NCBI GenBank assembly: GCA_004431415.1
Contig: QPMI01000549.1
Span: 62,001-126,000 of the forward strand
Source of the DNA: Cyanophora paradoxa CCMP329
Lineage: Eukaryota > Plantae > Glaucophyta
Direction: 5' to 3'
Length of the DNA: 64,000 bases
Part shown: one piece after another, positions 50,201 to 60,074 of the stretch
Layout: the number at the start of each line of letters is the position of its first letter
How positions within the stretch are numbered: the stretch's first letter is position 1
Position numbers and translations under genes: made by a program
The notes under the pieces: model-generated
What the model saw: only the letters and a program-made list of their open reading frames with translations
Told to the model about the DNA's origin: nothing
Database searches by the model: none

Positions 50201-52888
50201 GGAATGTCAGTTGAAAAATTCTGGGGTTCGTGATCCCGGAACAACGCGAGCCGCTCACCGAGTTCGTGTGAACGCGAGCCCCGAACTGCCGGCCACAAAA
50301 TGTTAGCGCGAGCATCGAAGGACTAGCGCGAGCATGTAATTCAGCTTTACCTCGTATGCCGGCTGGAACAGGTTGATAATGTCATTGGGGGTTGATATTC
50401 CGCCACCTCTCGGGCTGAGGTGCTGCGACAGACGTTGCCGACAGTCATAATGAGACGTATAAAAGCCGAAGGGAGTGCTCCAACGGCTCTTATAATTACA
50501 TGTGGTCTCCCAAGCGCTAGCGGGCCAGAATCGAATCCGAACGGACCTGGAAGAAGAGCTTCGCCTCGTACGCAACGCCGTTGTACTTCGACATCTGACG
50601 GCATGGCTCGCGTTCAGCGACGTGTACAGCCGACGGCAGAGACGGCCCGAACAGGATCGCCGTGCACCTCTGCGGCCTCCGTGGCGTTCGCCCAGTCCGT
50701 CGGTACTTTGCCCTGGACACACCAGACATCAGCTCAAATTAAAGCGCCCTTAAGCAGTTGGAAGAAAGCCTGAACGTTCACCAAAACCGTTCCTGCGACG
50801 TGAGTTCCGTGCGACGAATCTGTGAGGTTCTCCTTGAATGCCGCTCCAGAACTATAAGAAATCCAGTACCGAAGCAGCTGACGATCGTCCGCGGCCTGCT
50901 GTGTCAAGAGAACTGCTACGTGCACGAATTTAAAGCCACCAGAGCACCTTTTTGCGGTTGGCGGAAGGGATTGAGTCTTTCGTGTCTATTACGCCATCTT
51001 GTACGCCTGAATCCGGATCCGCCAACGCAGTCGCAAAGAGGCTGCGTCGACGTTGCGATCGATCTCGAAAATCAGTGTACGTGATTATGATCGATATCAA
51101 ACCCGCGCACCTCCCCTTGTCGGTTCCATCCTCGAGGAAAAAGCAGTGATCGAAGTCGAGAGCATCGTCTGCGACCTGAACATGTACAAATTAATTTAAA
51201 TAATTGAATAATCGATGTACGCGTGCAGTCAGCTCGAACTCACCGCAACGATCTGGTTCTCTCCGTGAATTCCGCGGGCCCAAAGGGGGTTGTTCGCTGG
51301 CAGGCCGTCTCCCAATCCTGCGATTGCGGAGGAAATAAAAGCGCGCGCCCCACGAGCGAGCCTCACTGAGTCAGATCGATGCTTCGAATTCTGCGGCTGG
51401 CGGTCAAGGTGGCACCGGATGTCAGCAGTGTTGCCGCGTGTCTGTTGCGGATCGTCGGACGGGACACTCCGTCGATCCAGGACACGAGCGGCTGTTCGGC
51501 GATTAAAGCTTTGCTGTGGATAAAATCGAACGAACTAAACAAAGGAAATTCATGACCGCGTGCACCTCGTACGCCAGACGCTCGGCAACGCGACTGGGGT
51601 CGGCGCTCCCGCAGTTGACGCGAACCGCCTCGCGCGAGGGGCGGACGGAAATCGCGGATCCGGAGAACTCGTCCAGGAGCGCTTTCTCCAAAGCGGCTGC
51701 TCAAAAGGATTTATAAAATTACAAAAACAAGTTCGAATTCAAATGACAGATAAACGCATATGCATGCGCATGCATATGCTTTATATAAATAATTTCAACG
51801 TGAAGGCAGCTGCAGGCGCAAGCGCACCCGCGTACTTGGACAAGTCGCCTTCGGCGTGATCATGAATATTCGCGTGGAGCTCCATGGTCTGGGCGGAAAG
51901 CGAGGCCACCGTGCGCGAGATCTGGGGCGGGGCAGGGCTCAGCGTGGAGCAATCCTGGACAAACCCATTCAGCGGGAGGTACGAGGCCGCGCCTTGTGCT
52001 CGGGACGGTGCGCGTCGATCCACTGCACGCCAGGGGCCGTTCTGCACGCACACGCGTACGTCGTTGGTGAGAGAGCACACGTGCAGATGAGAGGGCGCAT
52101 GCGCACGTAATCCTTTAAATTTGAATTATATATGCTATAGCTAATTATATAATCACGGTTCAATGATTCGGCGCTAAGATGGTTCGCTTGAGTGGCCATG
52201 GTCGAGAGAGATCTAGAAGGGATCTCGAATTCATTCCAATTGCAATAGAGTGCTCACCGCAAGCGCTCGGCCTGGGCGGGCGTGGCGGTGACGAAGTAGG
52301 AGTGGTGGGGCATGTAACCGCCCAGAACGACCCCCGCGTGCGACTCGATCGCGGCCCTCGCCTGGACCGATAGCGCGGCACCGACGTGGACCTGACCGGA
52401 GCATCGATCATGATCATCCCGGCCCGCATCGACATCGATATATATCAGAGCTGGTCGGGTACCGACTGGCCATGGGTTCAATTTGCGCGGTACCAGTACG
52501 CACCAGGTAGACACGCGGCTGGTCGAAGTCGTCGTGCTGCGGCTGGCCGCGGTGGTGGTCGCGGGGCCCCTGCGACGACTGGCCATGGCGGGCCCGGAGC
52601 TTCGCGTGGTGCGCGAGGGTCGGCTCGGCGTGCGTGTCGACCGACAGGCCGTTCGCGAAGCAGATCTGCGCGGATCCAGACATCTTAAGTAACGGTTTCG
52701 GTTCACTTATACGCATACGCATGCATTTGCGATTGCAAGAGATGCACCCTGTGCGGGTTCGCGAGGCTCGCGCGGCATCCGGCCGCAGCGTTCGTCGAGG
52801 CGAGTGCGACCGCGACGATGCTGAGAAGGGCGGCGACCGCCAGCGCGACCGGCGCGCCGTGCGAGCTGCAGCGGTGCGACTGCGCCAT
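46272..52888 (-). CDS. Subtilisin-like S8 serine protease (Kp43/TagC-like) with signal peptide, (Ser-Pro)n stalk and C-terminal hydrophobic/GPI-type tail
   Basis: Signal peptide VALAVAALLSIVAVALAS. Catalytic motifs: VADDALD (~51160), SHGTHVAGT (~50800), VAVGNDG (~49760), FSSRGPTFDGRIK/PDLV/APG, KSGTSMATP (~48600). YQGWG, VNDMDL and DNLNVVEQI mark the C-terminal domain. Then PSPSPS repeats and a tail ...GLAAILGAAAAFALGM*. Confidence 0.88.
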
Positions 52889-53360
52889 CGCCGCGGCAGT
52901 CGATGTCCGGCAGCAGCTGCTTGATCCACAGCTCAGGCTGGAGCCTGCAAGCCTTGAAGCCTTGTTGAAGGCTGCAACTGCCAGCTGGCGCCAGTGCTCC
53001 GACTCCTGCAACGTTAACGGACGAGTCCTGCTGACTCCTGCAAGGCTGCAACCGTTGAACGTTAACGGACGTACGCGTGCATGAGCTTCCGAAGTTCCAA
53101 AGGTCGCGGAGCATGGGGGGTACTTAATTGCAAGAACCTATGCGCATGTGCATACGTGTTCATGCGCATGGATACGCATGAAAAACAATTAAAAAGAGCG
53201 GCCGGCAATTAAACTTATCTTATCTAGATCTGGTGTCTTAGGCTCTTAGCGTGTCTATAGCTAGATCGAGATTCGAGACTGGCCGGTAATTCACCAAAAA
53301 AACTTAACTTTTAATATATTAACCAGAATTTTTTGTTTTTGGTGAATTAACCAGAACAGC

Positions 53361-53437
53361 TAGGATGTTTTTAATATCACTACCTACGGGGGGTTCGCCC
53401 CACCGTAGTCTCTCAAAAAAAAAAATAGGATGTTTTT
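53361..53437 (+). mobile_element. 53-bp insertion with 3' stem-loop, poly(A) and a 12-bp target-site duplication (5'-truncated retroposed element)
   Basis: TAGGATGTTTTT occurs at 53361-53372 and 53426-53437. Between them lie the hairpin CTACGG-GGGG-ttcg-CCCC-a-CCGTAG (53384-53408) and A11 (53415-53425). Confidence 0.7.
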
Positions 53438-53611
53438 GATAAATTTTGCAATTGCAAGTTTATTAACTTACCGGTAGTAACTTTTATATGATATAGCCTG
53501 TACTGGGCCACTACTACTACTGGCCCTGCACGTAGGCTGTAGTAACTTCTAGTAAGTTGGATCCGGAATCCGGATACACTAGCCTACTAGCTATCATAGT
53601 AGCTATACTAG

Positions 53612-54099
53612 TAGAGCTGCGGCTCGAGCTCAAAACCCCCGGCTCGAGCCAGCTCGAGCCGGCCCGCTCCAGCCTCGAGCCAGCTCGAGCCGGGCTCGAG
53701 CCGACCTACGGGGAGGGGTACCCCAGCCCCGGACTTAGGCGTGCCGCGTGCGGAGAAACCATGACCTCTAGCTCGTGCGGACATGCTAAATGCTTGTAAT
53801 ATCAGAGAATAGAGGCTGGTTAGCCTGTATTTGATGACTCGGGACCGCGACACGCGCTGGAAACGAGCTGTTTACGTCAGAGGCCGCCTCTCGCCCCCCC
53901 CCCCCCCCCCCCCCCCCCCGGCTCGAGCCCGGCTAGCGCTGGCCGGCTCGCCCTAGCTCGCCCCCCCCTGGCTCGAGCCAGCCCTCCCCTCTCGGCTCGA
54001 GCCGCCGGCTCGAGCGAGCCGCCCCTCGCCACGAGCCGGCTCGAGCCGGGGAAAAGGTCGGCTCGAGCCGGGCTAGCGCTCGCTCGAGCCGAAGCTCTA
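53612..54099. mobile_element. Non-autonomous TIR element (hAT-like MITE, ~488 bp)
   Basis: 18-bp TIRs, TAGAGCTGCGGCTCGAGC and GCTCGAGCCGAAGCTCTA (1 mismatch). About a dozen subterminal (G/A)GCTCGAGCC palindromes are clustered at both ends. A possible degenerate 8-bp TSD is AGCTATAC (53601-53608) / AGCTATAG (54100-54107), with an extra TAG on the left. Confidence 0.72.
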
Positions 54100-54319
54100 A
54101 GCTATAGTACTTGGCTAGTACTAGTACTGGTATATATACTAGTACTTAGTATCGATCGCGATCATCACGATTCACGACTCGGCGATTCATCCGATTCCGG
54201 ATCCGGCCCGGCAGCCGGCGGCAGGTGGCGGGGTATGGTGTAAATCTCCCGGGTATACCTCCTTCAGGCTGTTTCCCAAGCTAAAGCTTAGGAAGCCAGT
54301 CCGGCGGAAAGCCAGTCCC

Positions 54320-55728
54320 ATGCAGCGGCGAGCATGCGAGGCCCGTCAGGCGGCTCGGGCCGCGGCCGACCCCGCGCGCGCAGATTTAGTGCGCGTCATC
54401 GGCGTGGATGAGGACGGAGAGAGTGAGCGAACGCCTCCCGCGCCCGGCCTGCAGCGCTACATTCAGGTCGTGGCAAACGTTGCAACGATATTGTGGAACA
54501 CGGTCACTAAAACTCTGTTCCCGCCGCCGCTGCTGCCGGATGCGCTCGAGGCGATGGCTCCCGGTCCCGCCGCGGCCTACAGCGTCGAGGACTGTCCGCA
54601 CTGGATCTTCTTCAGGCCGCGGTCAGCTACCATCGCGGCCGAGCACGAGGGCGCTCGCGGCGCCGAAGAAAGCCGCGGGGCGCCCGGATGCAGCGGCCTC
54701 GTCTTCATTCCCGGCGCGCTCGTCCCGCCCGCCGCCTCGGCGCCCTTCGCGGCGGCCGTCGCCGCCGCCGGCTTCCCCGTCGCCGTCCTCAAGCTCTCCC
54801 TCTCCGTGCGCGCCTCTGACCACCCTTTTCAACGGGCCGAGCCGGCTCCTAAGCTCAGGCGTGGCGCAGGAAGCGCTCAGCATGTCGGCCTTGGACCGCA
54901 TCCTCGCCGATCTGATGGCCCGCCCCGCCCCGCCCCGCCCCTGCGGCCCGCCGGCGGCCTGGCTGACGGGCCGGCGGCAGGCGGGGCAGCGCGAGGTGGG
55001 GGCCTGGGTCTTCGGGGGCCACAGCGCCGGCGGGACCTTCGCCACCCGCCTCGCCGCCGAGCACCCCGAGGCGCGCCCCGGGCCCCGCCCCGGCCCGGGG
55101 CCCCGCCCGGGGCCGCCCGCCCCTCGGAGAGAGACCTGAGGGGAGGGGACAGGCGCGGGGCCTCTTCACGGTGGGCGCCTACGACCTCTACCGCGACTCC
55201 AGCGCCCGGTGCCCCCCCCGCCCCTCCTCCCCCTCCTTCTTCCGCCTGACCGGCCGCCTAGGCTCGGCCACCTGGCGGCGGTCACCGTGCTCTACGGCAG
55301 CTGCGAGATCGGGCCCGCCTTCGTGCGCCCCCGCCCTGCGCCGCTGGGCCCCGCCCCGCCGCGCCGCTGACTCGCCGCGAAGGCGCTGGCACCGGCCTCC
55401 TCGCCCGCGCGGAGGAACCTGCCCCGCTCCGTCCGCCTCGTCTGCGTCCGCGGCGCGCGCGCCCTCAGCGCCGGGCCCGACCTAGTCCGATCGGCCCGGC
55501 CTGACGCGCGCGCGCGCGGGGCGCGCACGCGCAGGGGCGAACCACGAGCAGTGGGGCAGCTACACGGGGCAGCCGATGGACGGGGCGCCGCGCATCCCCC
55601 GCGCCGCCCAGCGCGCCGTGATGGTCGAGGAGGCCCTCGCCGTCCTCCGCGCCGCCGCCGCCGCCCGCACATGCACAGCCGCCCCGGCCGAGGAGGCGGG
55701 GAAGGCGGCGTCGGCTGGGGCGGCGTAG
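54320..55728 (+). CDS. Alpha/beta hydrolase (Abhydrolase_5-like, bacterial-type family)
   Basis: GLVFIPGALV, nucleophile elbow VFGGHSAGG, VTVLYGSCE, and GANHEQWGSYTGQPMDG...IPRAAQ. Stop at TAG 55726-55728. Confidence 0.85.
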
Positions 55729-55819
55729 TGCTCGCGAGAGCCGGCGGCGCACGGGGCGTTTCTTGTAGATAATTCTATCACCAATTTCAAGCCAGCTGTC
55801 TGCTTCACCCTCCCTGCGA

Positions 55820-56365
55820 GTTTCTAGCCCGCCCTTTCCCCTTTCACTTGTAGCCTTGCACTTCGGCGATCGCGACCACCGCTTCTCCTTCCTGGATCTC
55901 TCTTTCGCGCCGGCGTCCCCTGCACCGATGGCTGTCGCGCCAGTTGGTATAAATGTACAGCTCTAGCCAGTTTTTTAACTTTGGTTTCTCACGTCACAGT
56001 TTCCCCCTTTTTAATTTCCCTTTCGCCGGCCTGCTTAATCGGTCTAGGTCTAGTCGGTCGGGCTTGTTGCCCTGGCGTGTGAAGTCCATTCCCCGAGCTC
56101 GCGCCCCCGAGCTCTGCGTTTCGGCGCATCACCTGTCGCGCTAGCCGCCCCCTTCCCCACCGGTTTTCTTTTCTAGATCTCTCTTTCGCGCCGGCGTCTT
56201 CTGCAGCCGTTGGTATACAGCTCCAGTTTTTGTTTCTCAAGTCACAGTATTCCCCTTTCCCTTTCGCCGCCTTCTTAATCGGTCTTGGTCTAGGCTGTCG
56301 GGCTTGTACGTGTTGCCAGTTGCCCTGTACATGTAATGTAAAGTGTAAAGTCTATTCCCGAGCAA
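55820..56365. repeat. Diverged ~280-bp direct repeat pair (non-coding)
   Basis: 55820-56100 aligns to 56140-56365, e.g. gatctctctttcgcgccggcgtc and cttaatcggtct.ggtctag. The copies differ largely by short insertions. Confidence 0.8.
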
Positions 56366-56489
56366 AAGAGTCCTTTTTCCCCGCTGAAAGGAATTACGTA
56401 TACCCCCGCTGCCCTCGTGCTAATTGGCAGCCGTGAACAATTCACAAGGCGCTGTGGCAGCCGGCGCTGGGGCAGGCGCCGGCGCCGTC

Positions 56490-58461
56490 TCAGCCGCGCT
56501 TGAACCAGGGGTTGGGAAGCCCGGCGCGCTTCTGCGCGGCGGCGGCGCCGGCGATCACGCCGGGCCGGTGCAGGCCCAAGGGAGGGGCGGGGGCTGACGA
56601 GGGCCTCGAGGAGGCGGGTGGCGGCCCGGGCGACGCCGGGCAGGGCCCCCGAGTCCCCGCAGTAGAGCGTCACCTGCCGCCCGCCAGCCCCTGGCTTCAG
56701 GCGAGAGGCGAGAGGAGGGAGAGAGAGGGCCGCACCCTCTTCATGAGGTCCGGCGACCCCACCAAAGCGTCGAAGGCCTGCCCCGCGTCAGCAGGGGCGC
56801 GGCGGGGCGGGGGGGGCGGGAAGCGCCGGCGGCTCGCCTCGCACAGGTCGGCCTCGGGGTAGCCCCCCGGGGGCTCGTAGATCATAACCCGTACCCCCTC
56901 GCGCACGGCCCCGACGACGCGAACCGCCTCGGCTGCGAGAAGGGTGTGAAGGCGGGGGGGGGGGGGGGGGGGGGGGTATGGCGCGCACGGAGGGCGAGGC
57001 CGTCGAGGAGGTCGCACTGGAGCTCGACGCGCCGGAGGGTCGGGTGCCCTGCGAACGAAGCCGTGTCGGCGGGGGGGGGTAGGGGGAGCTCGAGGGGGAG
57101 GGGGGTACGCGCACGGACGATCCAGTGGAGCATGGGCCGCCCCACGGCGGAGAGAGCCTGGCAGTACCTGGGCGGCAGGAAGATCGCTGAGCTGGAGCTC
57201 AGGTGAAGTCCAAGCCTGAAGTGGAGCGCGCACGAATCGAGCCCGGGAAAGGCGGCCGGGGACCAGGCCCCGGGGTGCGCTACGCCGGTCAGCGAGAGGA
57301 AGGCCCTGTACCCTCGCCACTCCCCTCCCCCTCCGCCGGCCGGGGCGTCGTCCGGCCTCAGGATCGACTCAAGGGCAGCAGCGGCGGCTGCGGAGAGGAC
57401 GGGGGCGGCGGCCGCGGGGGCCGGGGGCTCGGGCGCTTCGACGCCCACGTCGATGCCGCGGAGGCGCACACCCGCCCGGGCGAGCCCCAGCAGGGGCGCG
57501 TCGGCCCCGGCGGGGGACTCCAGGCGGCGGAGGGAGACCGCGGGGAGGAACCGGAGCGAGGGGAGCGCGCGCAGCGCCGCCTCGCTGGAGTCGGCCGCGA
57601 GGCTCGCGGCCGCGTGGAGCACCTCCAGCAGGGGGTGCCCCAGGCCCCCGAGGGGCTGCCCCGGCGCCCGAGCTCAGGCGTCTAAGAGCGAGGCGGGGGC
57701 TGGGAGCGGACCAGCGCGAGGTCCGCGAGCTTCGGCCCGTCGAGCAGCCGCAGCTCGCGCAGCTCGGGGAGGGCGGAGGAAAGGGGGAGGCCGGCGAGCG
57801 CGGCGGCGGCGGCGGCGGCGGCCTCGCCGGCGCGCTCGCCGGCGCAGTGGAGGGCGAGCGAGGCGAGCCGGCGGGGGCCGCCTCGAGCAGCAGCCTGCCG
57901 AGCTGGCCGTGGAGCTCCAGGGGCGCGTTCGGCGCCGGCTCGCCGCTGCCGGCGAGGCGGAGGTGGAGCTGCAGGCGGCGGACGCCGGCGCAGACGGGGC
58001 GCCGGAGCGCCGCGGCGGCCTCCGCACACGAGAGCGTCCGCCTGTCGAGCCGCTCGAGCCGCGCCAGCTCCGAGGCGAGCCGCTCCCAGTCGCCCGGCGT
58101 CGCCTCCTGCGGGTCCTCCGGGTTCCCGCGCTCCAGGCGGGCCCGCCGTCTCCGGCCCCACGCCTCCCGCGCCTCGCACAGCGCCGCCTGCGCGTCCCCG
58201 TCCCATACGTCCGCCGCGACGCTGCGGGCGGCTTCTTGAGATCGGGCGCGGCGCGGAGCGGAGGGCCGGGCGCGCGGCTTACGTGAGGGCCAGCTCGGTG
58301 CTGCGCGGCTCCTCGGTGGTGGCGGCGCGCCAACGCCTGCAGACGCGGGCGAGGCGCGCCCGCTCCGGCACGTCGAGCCAGCTCATGAAGCTCGCCAGGA
58401 GCTCGAGCGGGAGCGCCCGCGTCGGCGCGTCCCTCTCCCCGTCCAACTCCATCCCGTTCAT
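56490..58461 (-). CDS. F-box/LRR-like protein
   Basis: F-box ALPLELLASFMSWLDVPERARLARVCRRW; LRR-like LASLALHC, LPELRELRLLD, LPSLRFL, LRRVELQC. Some homopolymer frameshifts; the 3' end is approximate. Confidence 0.7.
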
Positions 58462-58828
58462 GCGATGTTTACCAGCTGAACGCCTGGCGCCGTCGAGCAC
58501 GCTGACGGCCGGGTACAGGATCGATCGACATCGTGACGGATAAAGCCCGAGCGCCTCAGCCAGCATCTGTCGAACGCCTCAGCCTCGATATGCTCGACGT
58601 CACTCATAGCTAACGCCTCTGAGGCTCTCTGCTGGACCGCTTTATTTTTCGAGGGTTCGCTGCATGCATATGCTGGACGGCTGCAGGCGCCGGCCTAGAT
58701 CGACACGCGCCGCCGCGTCGTTCCGGTCATTGCCAAAGTTGAGACCCGGCAAGGCCGCGGAGCCTGCGAATGCTGGGGCGGACGCGAAGTTGAAAGCTCT
58801 TAAAGGTCCGGGCGCATCGAAATCACCG

Positions 58829-59992
58829 ATGGCGCAAGTGAGTGAGGATCATGGAGCCCCAAGCAATGAGCGCTGTGCGATCTGCGCTGAACTTTCGTAC
58901 GCAGCTGCAGGAGCTGAGCGTGGGGACGGGGGAGAGCGTTGCGGCCGCCGTACGCGTGGCGCGGGCCGCCCCGGGGCAGACAATCCGCCTCGAACCCAAC
59001 TGGTGCGCCCTCAGGCGCTGCAGCCCGGCCCTCGATACGCGAGCTCGGCCGCGGGCGCCGAATCCCGCACGTGCACACGCGCTCCCTCATGATCACTCGC
59101 CGCGGCGCGCGACGCCCGCGCAGGTTCAAGGAGCAGGTGGTGCTGGACAAGGAGGTGCACATCGTGGGGCCGCGGGAGGCCATCCTAGAGTGGGACGAAG
59201 GCTTCACGCTGCACTGCGCATGCAAAGGGCCCGCGGCGCCGAGCGTGAAGGGCGTCACGGTCCGGAACTCGGCGCCCCAGGCCCCCGCGGTGTGGATCAC
59301 GGAGGGGAGCCGGGCGGTCGTCGAGCGGTGCAACGTCTCCAGCGCCGGCCTCGCCGGCATCGAGGTCCACGACGAGGGGACGGCCCCCACGCTGCGCGGT
59401 GCGCGCGCGCGCGGCGCCCCGATCCGGCCCATACTCCATCGATATCCCCAAGACCCGACCGAAGTCCGCGCAGAGAACGGGGTGCACGACTGCGGCGGGG
59501 GCGGCATCTACTTCCAATCGGCGGCGGGGGGCCTCGCGGAGGGCAACGGCGTGCGCGGGAGCGCGTTCGCGGGGGTCGAGATGAAGACGGGGGCGGACCC
59601 CGTCGTGCGGGGCAACCGCGTGCGCGGCGGCGAGGCCTAGGAGGCCGGCACCCTCGCCAGCGAGGGCGGGCGGGGCACCGTCGAGGGCAACGACGTGCAC
59701 GGCAACGAGCTCGCAGGCGTCCAGATCCGCCAGGGCGCCGACCCCGTCGTCCGGGGCAACCGGCGAGCCCAGCCCGCCCTCCCATCCCGAAGCTCTGGTA
59801 ACTAACACGACGCCCCGCTGCAGGATCCACGATCGCGACCAGCAGTTCGGGGTGTACGTGAACCTGGGCGGCAAGGGCACCCTCGTCAACAACGTGCTGG
59901 AGCGGCTGGGGCCCGGCCCCTCGGACGCCCTCGACGTCGACCCCGAGTGCTAGCGCTCCAAGTGCCGCCTCGAGGGGAACGAGATTCGGTAG
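58829..59992 (+). pseudogene. Right-handed beta-helix (PbH1/CASH, FBXO11-like repeats) gene with two in-frame TAGs
   Basis: Repeats such as NGVHDCGGGGIYF, NGVRGSAFAGVEMKTGADPVVRGNRV and NDVHGNELAGVQIRQGADPVVRGNR/IHD. TAGs at 59638 and 59951 each lie inside a 6-nt X-rc(X)-X insertion. Confidence 0.8.
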
Positions 59993-60074
59993 CCCCGGCC
60001 TCCCGTTCATCGCCGTATAAGCTTAAGGCTGCACTGTACAGGAACCTATGTAACACTAGTAAAGCGACGTAGGG

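Noticed and set aside
53378-53520. CACTA transposon terminus (CACTA at ~53378 and ~53509)
   Set aside because: There is no matching TAGTG end, extended TIR or 3-bp TSD, and no transposase in the window.
53620-54090. CRISPR-like array of GGCTCGAGCC repeats
   Set aside because: The repeats are only 10 bp and irregularly spaced, with no unique spacers or cas genes. A TIR element explains them better.
45858-56976. Long C/G homopolymers (~45860, ~50185, ~53895, ~56960) as functional G-quadruplex elements
   Set aside because: They are common in this composition, their lengths are unreliable, and nothing else supports a function.
59638-59953. TAG read-through or a non-standard genetic code in the PbH1 gene
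   Set aside because: Both TAGs lie inside 6-nt X-rc(X)-X insertions whose removal restores the frame, and TAG is the normal terminator of several genes in this window.
56490-59992. A split FBXO11 (F-box gene next to a PbH1 gene)
   Set aside because: The genes are on opposite strands and the F-box gene has its own LRR-like C-terminus, so the adjacency is probably coincidental.
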